Source of the DNA: Azolla caroliniana
Lineage: Eukaryota > Plantae > Polypodiophyta
NCBI GenBank assembly: GCA_043228905.1
Contig: JBHGNT010000016.1
Span: forward strand, 2,418,001 to 2,482,000
DNA length: 64,000 bases
Reading direction: 5' to 3'
In this document: positions 39,730-50,735 of the stretch, piece after piece
Layout of the letters: each line of letters begins with the position of its first letter
Position numbering within the stretch: position 1 is the first letter of the stretch
The notes under the pieces: generated by a model
What the model saw: only the letters and a program-made list of their open reading frames with translations
What the model was told of the DNA's origin: nothing
Databases searched by the model: none
Made by a program: the position numbers and the translations under genes

Positions 39730-41109
39730 GGGAGTATGTTATGTACACATAACGTTGGTGAGGGTAGATCACTAATATTTACATTAGTGAAGGGTATGTT
39801 CACTATTATTAAAAAGGGGACTAATGATTGGATAGAATGAATGATATGTGCATGCACTATCATGATTTAGACAACCAATGAATAGAGAGCCTTTTAGAAA
39901 GGCACATCTATTCAAGGGACCTAGGAAAAGGTATAAATATGAGGCTTAGCTACCCTCATAGACATAATCACGTCGGAAGGCTGCTGTCGTAGACACCGGT
40001 GGTGCGGGCTAGGCTTTCGTCTCGACGATCGTGTTTATCTCTTCCAAGGTATTAGTCATCCTAATATCCGGCGGTATGGGACGTCGGTGGTAGGTTGGCT
40101 ATGTCTAGATCATAGCTCGGGGGTGGTCGGGTGGAACGGGTTCTTCTATCCAATCTATTTTCTTCCTTTTTACTTGATTTGGTCTATTGATTAGTAATAG
40201 ACTCTTAACAGTGTGTGCCATTCTCGGACCCGGCGGACAAGCTCGTGAGCCCATTGGACTGGTTGTCGATCATGTGCCCACTTGAGGTACTCACCGGTGA
40301 TACGAGCGGTGGCGTCGGTAGATGCGGTGTCGCCGATTTGGGTTATGGCGCTACAACGGTCATGGAGATGGAGAGGGATTTTGGTGTAACGCCACCCTTC
40401 ACGTCCAGAATATTCGGCGTAGGCGATAGGAATGATGCCGGGGACAACCCCCGGGGTCCTCGTGGTGCGGAAGGGGGTGCCCTCGAGGGGTAAATGCAGC
40501 GTAGCACAAACATCGGCCGCGGTGAACTGGAATGCGACGGGAGGGGAGTCTACGAAAGGCTGCATATTGACGTGGCCCGTATCGGGGTTGTACCCGATGA
40601 GGAAACGGTTGACCAGTTCGGGTAGGACACCCCACGGCCCGATCCCGAGGAAGAACTTGAGGCCAAGTCGTGAGAGCGTGGCGAACACGTCGGGTTCGAG
40701 GTACTTGAGCTGCGTGGCGGCCGTGGGAACCCGATAAGTACATCGGGTATTGTTGAACACCGCTGGAATGACTAAGGAACCGCACCCTGCATCGGGGTAG
40801 TATGCGTGGAGGAGTTTGATAAATTGGGGAGGCGTCATCGTTGACAACCTGCGAGGAAAAATATTAGTATAGGTAACTGTGGCGATGAATTAGCAAGTAT
40901 GGGTAGTTTCAATAGATTCCCCCGGCTGGGTTTTTTTTTTTTTTTTTTTTTTTGGGAGTGGGACGTGGAGTCCTAACTACAGAGTAACTCGGGTAAATGT
41001 GGTGACGAAGCAGCGAGTTCGAGTAGTTGTCATAAATTCCTAATTTGGTCCCTTTTTTTTTTTTGGGTCCTAATTTCGCAATAACATTACAACGAAGGGT
41101 TACATGGTC

Positions 41110-41426
41110 TAGGAGTTGGACTCCTCGAACGACGTGTGGTTCGAGGAGTTGGGCCCCTCGAGTGTTCGAGGGGTTGGGCCGGGTGTGGTTCGAGGAGGTG
41201 GGCCCCTCGAACACTGTGTAGTTCGAGGGGTTGGATTCCTCGAACGCTGTGTACTTCGAGTGGTTGGGCCCCTCGAACACTGTGTAGTTCGAGAGGTTGG
41301 GCCCCTCGAACAACGGGGAGTTCGAGGGGTTGGGCCCCTCGGGGTTGGACCCCTCGGACAACGGTGAGTGCGAGGGGTTGGGCCCCTCGAACAACGGGTG
41401 GTTCGAGGGGTTGGGTCCCTCGAACC
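41110..41426. repeat. About 33-bp tandem hairpin repeat between pol and the extra ORF
   Basis: GTTCGAGGGG-ttggg-CCCCTCGAAC units with 10-bp self-complementary arms, about 9 degenerate copies. Confidence 0.85.
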
Positions 41427-42267
41427 ACGCGGTGGAGTGGGCTGGAAACGACCAATGACGTGGGGAGGGTGAAACGACGAGGCGGTTGTCGCAGCCACCT
41501 CGGGGGGAACGAAAGAAAGAAGAGAAAGAGAGAAAAACGTCGGGACGGTGGGGCAGCGTGGACGGGCAGCACCACGAGGTGGGGTGGCGGCGACGTGGCA
41601 GCGGCGAGGGCCGTCACGGGAGTAGTGTAGACGTAGTGTGCCGACGATGGCCGCCACGGCTGGGAGGCCCGTAGTGTGCCGGTGACAAGAGGAGGAGGAC
41701 AGCGTCGTGGCGGCAGCCATGGCCCCCGTAGAGGAACGAAGGGCAGGTACGAGGGGAGTGCAGTGTGCTGTGTCAAAACGAGAGAGAGGGGGGGGAAGGG
41801 AGGGCCTACCCGAGGCGTGGGAAAGCAAGGTGTGGGGGAGGCGAGGCGGCGACCGGCGCAGGCAACCGGTGGAGGAGGGGCGGGGCTGTTGAGGGTGGGA
41901 GAAAGCCACAACAGAGATTGGGGGGCAAGGGGAGGAATAGTGTGAGCGGGGAGGGGGGGAAGACTGCTGCAGAGCGTGGAAGCGTGGAGTGAGAAGGGAG
42001 GGGATAGCAGAAAGAGGAGGGTGAAAAAAAAGGAGGGAGGGGAGGTAGAGCAAAGAAGAAGGAGAAAAAAGAAGAAGAAGAAGAAGAAGAAGGAGAAAAA
42101 TGAAAGAAAAGAAAAAATTAAAAATTAAAAAAAAATTAAAATTAAAAATTAAAAATTAAAAAATAAAAAATAAAAAATAAAATAAAATAAAATAAAATAA
42201 AAATAAAATAAAAATTAAAAAAATTAAAAAAATTAAAAAAATTAAAAATTAAAAATAAATTAATTAA

Positions 42268-45258
42268 TTAAAAAATAAAAATAACTAAATAGATAATAAA
42301 TAAATAAATAAAATTAACAAACAACAAAAATAATAGAAAATAAAAAATAAAACAAAAAATAAAATAAAAAATAAAATAAAAAATAAAAAAGGATTCGGAT
42401 ACCGATGGTGAGGGCGGTCTAAACGGGGTCTCTGGGGAACGTGGTAGGGGATTGGGTAAATTAAGGGCTTTTGAGGAACCTTGAGGATGCGACTGTGGAA
42501 GGAGTGTCACTCGGGTATCGTGTGAGGTTTCGGATCCGTGACTTTTAAGGATCCAAACTTGCGGCATATTTGTTAAGGGGGTGGGGAGGATTTGTGAAAC
42601 CTTCCTACGGGGTGTTCGGTCTCTCCGTTGTTTAGGCTTGTCGCTTCCTATGGCTTTAGCCTGGGCGGGATACCGGGCTGATGTGTGTGCTTTTCGGGTG
42701 TCCCCTACAGGCGTGGTATGATCGCGACTGGGGAGTCGGCTTCGTTTCGGGACCCAAAAGCTAGTGGCGCCTTTGTACCAACCTTGTGCTGTTGTGAGTG
42801 TCTTTTTGACTCGCCAAATGGCGGGTTCTCCACAACGTTGCCCGTCCGCAAAAACAACGTGAACATTCACCCATTCCCGTGGTTTGGGTGTCCGTGTTCT
42901 GACGTCAACGTCGCGCTGGTCTTGGGTTGCCAGTGGGTGTTGGCGTTTTGTTTGGTTGAGCGACTCCGCGGCTTGGGGTTCATCGATGTCCCCTGCAGGC
43001 GTGGTATGATCGAGACTGGGGAGTCGGCTTCGTTTCGGGACCCAGAACCTATTGGCGCCATTGTGCCACCCTTGTGCGGTTGTGAGTATTTTCCTGACTC
43101 GCCATACCGCACGCTCTCCGTAGCGTGGGCCTTCAGCGAACACAGTATGGACGTTCACCCATTCTCGTAGTTTGGGTGTCTGTGTTCTATTGTTAGTGTC
43201 GCGTTGGCTATGGGCAGCCGGTGGGTGTCGGTGTGTTGCTTGTTTGGGTAGCTCCACGCTTTGGGGGTCAGCGAGGACAACGGGATGTGATTCGAGTGTT
43301 GTTGCGAGGAGGTCCTCGGACTTCAACCCACCTCCTGTTTGAAAAGAGACGATGTGTTTGCTGGGTGATTGGAGACATTCGCTTATGCGACACCAATCTA
43401 AACCGAGGAGGCATTGTGTGTGCATCACTCCGGGTGGGAGTACCCGAACTTGGATTAAGTGCGCGTTGTATTCTGTCTTGATGTTACACCCGAAGATTCC
43501 CAGGCAACATGACGTAGACCCATCGAAGCCACGGAAGTTGTCGTTGCACACTTCGAGGTTTGGGCAACCTAGACGTCTCCATGTTTCAAAGGAGAAAAGG
43601 GTTAGCGATGCTCCTGTGTCGATTACCGCCGTCAAAGGCATGTCGTCGACACGACATTGTAGTTGTATTGTCCCATCATTAGAGTTGGCCGCCCGAGCCA
43701 TGGCTGTCGGATGGGCGTGTCCCTGTCGCTTCAATTTCGCTTGCGTGTTGCGCAGGTCGGTTTCGAGCCGGGCCATTCGGCCTTCGGAGGCTTTAAGTTT
43801 GGCCTCTACCTCTCGTTGCCGAGCCGTGAGTAGAGCCTCGAGTGTGAGGGGTCCATAACGTTTGAGCTTGCTCCCATTAATGAACCCGGGGATGTCAAAA
43901 CCTTCGATCGTGTGTAGGCGACATGCTCCTGTCTTGGTAACCTCCGAAACCACATACAGGCCTTCGCCCCGTAGCTTCAACTTCTTCTTGTGTTGTTGAG
44001 AGGAGAATTTGAGGGCCATGTCGCCTTCTGCGAGGTCTTTGTTCTTGACTTTATTGTCGTGCCACACCTTTCTATTGGCTTTCTCTGCCAAGAGTGCCTG
44101 GAATGCGAGAAGGCGAGTTTCTGTCAGTCGTTCTAGGTTCTCTAGGCGTGACGGGAGGGGGTCCCCTTCCCATCGTTCCTGTACGGCGATCCTGAGGCTG
44201 GGGACAAGGAACTCGATGGGTAATACTGCTTCTTGCCCGTACACCAGTTTGAATGGTGTGTGGCGAGTTGTGACTTTGTAGGAAGTACGGAAGGCCCATA
44301 ATGCTGCTTGGAGTTTGGTGCTCCAATCAGATCGGGAGGCAGCGACTATCTTTGTGAGTACTGCACATAGCACCTTATTCGTGCTTTCCGCTTGTCCGTT
44401 GCATCGAGGGTAATAAGGAGAACTTTTGCGGTGTGTCACCATAAACTCGCCTAGTAAATGTGCTATCACCTCGTTCAAGAAATGTGAGCCTTGGTCACTA
44501 ATGATTTCGAGCGGACATCCAAACCGTACGATGACATTTTCATATAGGAATTTGGCAGTACTACGCGCGTCGGCGTTAACGCAAGCTTTCGCTTCAACCC
44601 ACTTGGTGGCGTAGTCGGTGGCGGTTATTATGTATCGGTTGAGGTTGGAAGTTGGGCTGATTGGGCCGATAAAGTCGATACCCCATTTCTCGAATGGTTG
44701 CCATGCCACCACCGAGTTTAACGTATTAAAATCCGCTTTTAGCGGGTGTTTGAAACGTTGGCACTCGTCACAGCGACGTACGTACGCGTCTGTGTCTTTG
44801 AAGAGAGTTGGCCACCATAGGCCGGACTGAAGGATCTTGCGCGCAGTGGTCTCGTGATTGAAATGACCACTTCCGCCCCCGCAATGAGCTTGTTCGAGGG
44901 TGGTGACGACATCATGGTCTGTTATACACCTCTGAAGTAGATCGTCATTACCCCGACGGTACAGATTGCCTCGGAGCATCGTGAAGGGGCCACATTTCTT
45001 TAGCAAGACGCGCGCGTGTGTTCGTGGTAGTTGTTTTAGGAAGGACGCTCCTTCGGTTAGGACGCGAACTATGTCTGATGCCCATGCTGGTACGGTATCG
45101 ATCGCAAATAATGTTGCATCTGGTGTTTCATCATCAACCCCAGTGGCTTCTTCTCCGTTGGGAATCCGGGAGAAATGATCGACGAGTACATGGTCTTTCC
45201 CTTTTCTCACTAGTACCTTGAAGTCGAATTCGAGTTCGTGAGATGCGTCCAGTGGCAT
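42268..45258 (-). CDS. Integrase with a long C-terminal extension containing a second retropepsin-like protease
   Basis: HHCC (H..GHF..CDECQR), WGIDFIGP, SDQGSHF and NGQAESTNK, then a helical linker, VIDTGASLTLFS..LLGLDWC and a duplicated segment about 96 aa apart. Confidence 0.85.
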   Translation of the reverse strand: MPLDASHELEFDFKVLVRKGKDHVLVDHFSRIPNGEEATGVDDETPDATLFAIDTVPAWASDIVRVLTEGASFLKQLPRTHARVLLKKCGPFTMLRGNLYRRGNDDLLQRCITDHDVVTTLEQAHCGGGSGHFNHETTARKILQSGLWWPTLFKDTDAYVRRCDECQRFKHPLKADFNTLNSVVAWQPFEKWGIDFIGPISPTSNLNRYIITATDYATKWVEAKACVNADARSTAKFLYENVIVRFGCPLEIISDQGSHFLNEVIAHLLGEFMVTHRKSSPYYPRCNGQAESTNKVLCAVLTKIVAASRSDWSTKLQAALWAFRTSYKVTTRHTPFKLVYGQEAVLPIEFLVPSLRIAVQERWEGDPLPSRLENLERLTETRLLAFQALLAEKANRKVWHDNKVKNKDLAEGDMALKFSSQQHKKKLKLRGEGLYVVSEVTKTGACRLHTIEGFDIPGFINGSKLKRYGPLTLEALLTARQREVEAKLKASEGRMARLETDLRNTQAKLKRQGHAHPTAMARAANSNDGTIQLQCRVDDMPLTAVIDTGASLTLFSFETWRRLGCPNLEVCNDNFRGFDGSTSCCLGIFGCNIKTEYNAHLIQVRVLPPGVMHTQCLLGLDWCRISECLQSPSKHIVSFQTGGGLKSEDLLATTLESHPVVLADPQSVELPKQATHRHPPAAHSQRDTNNRTQTPKLREWVNVHTVFAEGPRYGERAVWRVRKILTTAQGWHNGANRFWVPKRSRLPSLDHTTPAGDIDEPQAAESLNQTKRQHPLATQDQRDVDVRTRTPKPREWVNVHVVFADGQRCGEPAIWRVKKTLTTAQGWYKGATSFWVPKRSRLPSRDHTTPVGDTRKAHTSARYPAQAKAIGSDKPKQRRDRTPRRKVSQILPTPLTNMPQVWILKSHGSETSHDTRVTLLPQSHPQGSSKALNLPNPLPRSPETPFRPPSPSVSESFFIFYFIFYFIFCFIFYFLLFLLFVNFIYLFIIYLVIFIF

Positions 45259-47571
45259 GAATTTTGTTTACTAAGTAGAGTAGGGCCTGATGGTCTACAA
45301 AAAACGAGAACTGGGATGCCAACAGGTAGTGGCGGAATTTCTTTATGCTGTAGACCATGGCCAAAGCTTCTCATTCCGTCGTGGAGTAATTTCGTTCCGC
45401 GGCATTTAGCTGGCGACTAGCGAAGGTCTAGCCTTGTCCGCGAACATCTTAATGAAGCGTCTATAGTAACCCGCATATCCCATGAACCCTTGTAGTTGTT
45501 TCTCGTTCGTTGGGGGTGGCATGTCGAGGATGAGTTTTACTTTTGCCTCGTCTGTCGAGATCCCGTGGCGGGACACAACGTGTCCTAATATTATTCCGTG
45601 CTTGACCCAGAACTGACACTTGAGCGGGTTGAGAGAGAGTTGATAGGTTCTGCATTTTTCGAACGTCAAACGGAGTAGCCCCAAGTGGTCATGCCATTTC
45701 GAATTGCAACATAAGTCGTCAACATAAGACTCCACCCCTTGGCGTAACCTTGCGGCAAAGATATGGTCTGCTGCTCTTTGGTACGTGCTCAAGGCGCTCG
45801 TGAGTCCGAAAGGCATCTGTTTATACGCGAACGTACCAAATTCCGTGGCGAAAGCGGTCTTGTGTTGATCCTCAGGGACCACCGAGATTTGGTTGTACCC
45901 GGAGAACCCGTCGATGAAGCTATACGCTTCCGCTCCCGCGGTTCTTTCGAGTAAATGTTCGATGTAGGGTACCGGGTAATTGTCCTTGATAGTGGCTTCG
46001 TTAACTTGGCGGTAGTCTACACATATGCGTATCTGACCGTTTTTCTTTGGGACGACCACAATTGGGGAGACCCAAGTAGTTCGTTCGATTGGGTAGATAA
46101 TGCCTGCGGCTAACATTTTGTTGATTTCGGCTTTCACTTGTTGGGCGTAGTTAGGATTCATTGGACGTGGCCTTTGCCGGATTGGGTGGGCGTCGGCTCG
46201 CATGGGGATACTATGTGTGACGACCTCGGCTGGGACTCCCTTCATGTCGACGTATGACCATGCAAACACGTCGCTAAATTCCGTGAGGAGAGTGATCAAG
46301 GACGCCTCCTCGTTCGGTTGGAGATCTGTAGCTATGAACACCGGTTTAGATTCTGCCCCTTTCCCAAGGTTGATTTCTTTCACCCTTGCTGGTCCATCGT
46401 AGACTTCTCCTAGGCCTTGGGGGTTGCGTTGCGGTCTCTTACAAGCCACTGCCCTACTCCCTTGTTCATAGAGTTTGAAATGCTTTGGGAAGTCCGCTTC
46501 CGTCACCGCCTCTTGAGTGGTCGTGACGTCACCTGGATGTGTGACTCGTTGTACCCATCCTTCGTCCTCTACGTCTACGTCTTTTCGCCAGGGACCTAGG
46601 GTGGTGATGTTGAAGCACGAGATTGTCTCTCCGTTCTCGTCGCAACACTTTGTACCTATAGGATACATTGCGTCGGTTGTGGCGAGAGCATGCACCCAAT
46701 TCATTTCTGACGTCTCGGAGGTGACGGATTGGTCGTCTCTCTCACGTGCGTTCTCCTCTTTGGAAGTGGTGGGGTTTTGAGGAAAGTGTTGGCCTCTGGT
46801 CAAGAGTTGAACTGTCTTCGCGGGGTTGCACGCTAGGAGGTTGGTCTCGAACTCAGTGGTTTCTGACCAATCGTCTACGAGAGGGCTACCTTCTTGTTCA
46901 TGCACTTTTTGTGTGTACGCTTTGATGCGAAAGGTTTTGTTGTCCTTTCGCATATAGATTATATCGTTCCCAAAATCCATGACCAGGCGGCTTATATGTA
47001 GGAATGGTCTTCCTAGTAAGCACTCGTAGGCTACATGGTTGGATGATCTTGTGACGATGAAGGTGAGATTGAACTCCACTCCATGTATAGTGAAGTGATG
47101 CGAAGGAATCATGGCTTCCGGTCTTTGGATGGACCCGTCTGCCATTCGTAGTTTGACCTCGGAAGGCATCATTTTTGGGCTCCCCCACTTGCACCAACAT
47201 TCGTAACTGACGATACTTACCCCTGCTCCGGTGTTGATGATGGCATCACACGTCTTACCATTGACACAGACTGGTAGAGTGAAACTAGTGTCGTCGCTCT
47301 CGAAGTGGGCTTCGTGGACATCGACTGGCGGTCCTTCGGGTTGTTTGGTGACTGTGGACGTGCGAGGAGTGTGGGTGTGTATCCCTTCACCATATCCCGC
47401 CGATAGGCCACCATTGAGGCGTCGGAGGACGTCATGCCATGGTTGAACGTCGAGTTTGAGTAGTTCTTCGAGCGTGAACTCTATTTCTTTGGCGAGTAGT
47501 GGTCGTAGCAGGGGGTTGTCAGTGGTGAAGGTGCCAATGTAGCTCTGCACTTCGCGTAATGTGAGTCGCAA
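45134..47571 (-). pseudogene. Protease (NTG variant), RT and partly deleted RNase H of the Athila-like element
   Basis: IINTGAG..LLGRPFL, RICVDYR, MPFGL and YVDD. The sequence jumps from KARP to AAERNYSTT, so the start of RNase H is missing. Confidence 0.88.
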
Positions 47572-47786
47572 TCTTAAATTTAAGATTTGTTGGAGTAGAG
47601 TTGTGTTGACCTATTTGATCGAGGTAGGATGGCAAACGGGGGTGTCAGTTGGTGTGACGAAGGGGGGAGGTGAGGGGTTTACCCATTCTTCTAGTTGCTC
47701 GAAGTTTAAGCTGGGGAGGCTAAGTGATTTTTCAAACTGTTCGTGGTGTATGAGTTTGATATATTCTTCTACTTTTTGTTTCTCAG

Positions 47787-50063
47787 CTACTGGATTTGGT
47801 ATGCCGCTAGGTGTGCTGGTAGTTCTTGATTTGGATTGACGGGTAATGTTTCTGTGTCTCCCTCCGGTTCTTGATCTTGTTTTGAGGTCTGCGTGGAATT
47901 ATTCTTCCTAGATTTGCGTCTCTTACGCGCGGTCACGGGGAGACCTTGATCTTGGTATTTTAAATTGTGCGCTACTCGTTGGGCTCGTGTGATGACATTG
48001 GCACCGATCGTGGATGGCACAATGGACAACAGATTTGTGCCGACCCTTTTCTTCTTTTCCGGGTAATCAAGTACTAGGTGTTCTTTACCACACCCTGGGC
48101 ATGATGCTTCTCTTTGGAACCATTCGATGAGGTCTTGTGACTGTTGGGTGGGCCCTTGCGCCAATGGTTGTGGGGGCGTGTCGAGTGGGAGGTGTCGTGG
48201 TTGTTGGGCCATCTGGTTGTAGTACTCATGTTTGGTTGGGCACTCGCTAACCATATGCGGGCCTTGGCAGTTGAAGCATTTCAATTCTGACCTCCTCAGA
48301 CCATTGTTGTTGCGGTATCCCATAGAGGGTCCGCGTTGTTCCCCTCTCAGGACGTACACTGGTATTTGGTCACCTTCAAAATCCACAAAATGGGATAACA
48401 CCTCTTCTTCAATGCCATACTCCCTGTACGGGTCTTCATATTCGGGGGTTCTCGTTCTGACCTGGGTTTGGTTATCTGTGGTATACTCCAGTTCAGCGAG
48501 GCGGGCACCGATGCGCGGTAGTGGGGGTTGTTGAGGGAGTATCGCTGGTAGTGGTGGGCGGCTAAGTGGTGGGGGGGAGCGTGGGTGTTCCACCATTGGC
48601 GTTTGGCCGTACCTTCCAGTGGGGGCTTGCCAGCAGTTCTCTTGCGTATGCATTACGAAAGCTTTGCACCACTTACAGTATTGCGACCGTCGTTGATGAA
48701 GGAGGGGACACTCATGTCCCGTGTGGTGTCCGTGACATACCGTGCACCTTACATTTTCTCGTTGGGCGTATGCTTGGGGTCTTTCTATACGGGGTGTTCG
48801 CGGTGGTGTGGGTAGAGCAGGGGTGGGGTCGGAGGATTTCTCGCGGTTGTTCGTGGGTGCGTGAATGGGTATGTGTAATCCACTCATCGAATCTTCAAAG
48901 GTCATCACTACTGTGCAGGTTTCAGTAAACGATCAACACATCCGGGCAATCAGGAAATTTTGGAGTGTCGTATCAAACAACCCATTAATGAAACGGCTCA
49001 TCAACTTGTCATCCGACATCTTGTCGTTCGGACTACAACGATGATGCAAGCTTTTTGTGCGACGTATGTAGTCCCTGACCGTTTCGTTTGCTTCTTGTTT
49101 GAGGGCGAAAAGTTGGTCAATCGGGTTCCATTTATTCCCTCGACGAGCGAAGTTTATCAAGAAATCCTCGATGACGTACTCGAAATCGGCGGCAATGTCT
49201 TCATTTAAGGTTTGAAACCAGATGCCGGCTTGGTCGTCAAGTGTGAGTCCAAACGCAGCTACCTTGGTGATCTCTGTGAGGGGTTCGTAAGCGCGGCAAA
49301 TCTGTTTGAACCTCTCGACATGGTCATAGGCATCGCCGAAACCGAGGAAACGAGGTACTAGTTTAGAAATGGAAGCACTCTTCCCACTGTCATTTGTGAG
49401 GTTTCTCAGATGGTCTATGGGTGCTCGCTCTTTTTCCATCAATGCTACAAGAGTTTGTATGGATTGTAGCGCTAGTGCGAGTTCGGCGTTTGGAGGTGTA
49501 GGGGTAGCTTGGTCAGGTGTAGGGATTGTGCCCATGCATGGTGGTGCCGGTTGTCGTTGTGCACGGGTTTCATTCGGGCTATCACCCGTTGTGCTCGAAC
49601 GCGGTACGAGGCTGTGCTCCTGACTTCGGCGGTGTATGTGCGACGATGTTTCTAGGCGGTGAAGTTTTTGTTGCACTCGTGTGAATCTATCCTTCCTTTC
49701 GGCCAAAGCAGCTTCGATATCTCGAGTGGTGCTTTCCGGTTGTCCTCCTTTCGCAAGTTGTACCGTCCATAGATTGATTTCGTGTTCTATCACTCGTAAC
49801 TCTTGCGCTGCGTCTCGTATATGTTGTTCTACACTGAGTGGGTCTACCATTGGGCTCTCCTGTAGTGGGGGTGTGTTGAGAAGTGCTTTAGTTCCTGGGC
49901 TCGATGGGAGGTTCATGTTTGGTAGTATCCCCGGAGTTAGCCACCCTCCGTGGTACTGAGTCGGGTTAGGCGGGCCAGCATCGTGGGTTTGGTCGGTTTG
50001 CGTGGACTCTTCTAGGCATGCAGGTCGGGTTTTGAACATTTCTGTCCATGAGGATCCGGCCAT
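47787..50063 (-). pseudogene. Gag of the Athila-like element, with in-frame TGA at 48933
   Basis: Retrotrans_gag motifs (DHVERF..WF..LKQ..ETVRDY..RFINGL) and zinc knuckles CTVCHGHHTGHEC and CFNCQGPHMVSEC. The two ORFs share a frame. Confidence 0.85.
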
Positions 50064-50114
50064 GTTTTCTGGTCAAGCTTTTTTTTTTTTTTTTTTTTTT
50101 TAAAAATTTTTATA

Positions 50115-50412
50115 GGTTCGTCGAAGGGTGAATCTTCGTCGAAGGATGAATATTCGTCGTAGGTTGAATCTTCGTCGAAGGATGAATCTTCGTTGGAGGA
50201 CGAATGTTCGTCGAAGGTTGAATGTTCGTCGAAGAATGAATGTTCGTCGAAGGTTGAATGTTCGTCGAAGGGCGAAGCTTCGTCGCAAGGTTGAAGATTC
50301 GTCGCAGGTTGAATCTTCGTCGCAGGTTGAATGTTCGTCGAAGGATGAATGTTCGTCGAAGGATGAATGTTCGTTAAAGGATGAATCTTCGTCGAAGGAT
50401 GAATCTTCGACG
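50115..50412. repeat. 18-bp minisatellite in the 5' UTR of the Athila-like element
   Basis: gaagg(a/t)tgaat(c/g)ttcgtc repeated about 16 times. Confidence 0.9.
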
Positions 50413-50554
50413 AGCTTTGCGTGGGAAATTCAAACTTTTTGGCGCCAACGGTCGCTTTGTGACCCGTGGAGTGATCATAAGCCGCGAGACTCGCGGTGAT
50501 TATGCTTGCCCCGTAACGGCCTAAACCTCCACAATGTTTAATGTTAACCGAGCG

Positions 50555-50735
50555 AAAAAACAGAAAATGGGACTTAATTAAACTATGAAATGATGAAAAA
50601 AACAGAAAATGGGACTTAATTAAACTATGAAATGATGAAAAAACAGAAAATGGGACTTAATTAAACTATGAAATGATGAAAAAACAGAAAATGGGACTTA
50701 ATTAAACTATGAAATGATGAAAAAAACAGAAAATG
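50555..50735. repeat. 41-42-bp tandem repeat x4
   Basis: aaaaaacagaaaatgggacttaattaaactatgaaatgatg units. Confidence 0.9.

Larger units (their letters stand above)
33102..40210 (+). mobile_element. Intact Ty3/gypsy chromovirus
   Basis: 474-bp LTRs 33102-33575 and 39737-40210 (2 differences seen), TSD GTGTG, PBS TGGTATCAGAGC (tRNA-iMet) at 33577-33588, PPT at 39723-39736. Confidence 0.97.
29474..40838 (-). pseudogene. Extra 3' ORF of the Athila-like element (about 1400 aa reconstructed), split by the chromovirus and carrying about 2 frameshifts
   Basis: Joining 40838-40211 to 33096 gives ..VREWHT-RPKSTVNFAWFLTRYLCAKF.., followed by Pro-rich and coiled-coil regions (ORF 29474-32401). The N-terminus resembles the Athila ORF / plant-transposon-protein domain. 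Confidence 0.7.

Noticed and set aside
40909-42053. ORFs of 161-314 aa
   Set aside because: They derive from the tandem hairpin repeat and GC-rich low-complexity DNA, with no recognisable domain.
50100-50499. Arg-rich ORFs
   Set aside because: These are translations of an 18-bp minisatellite.
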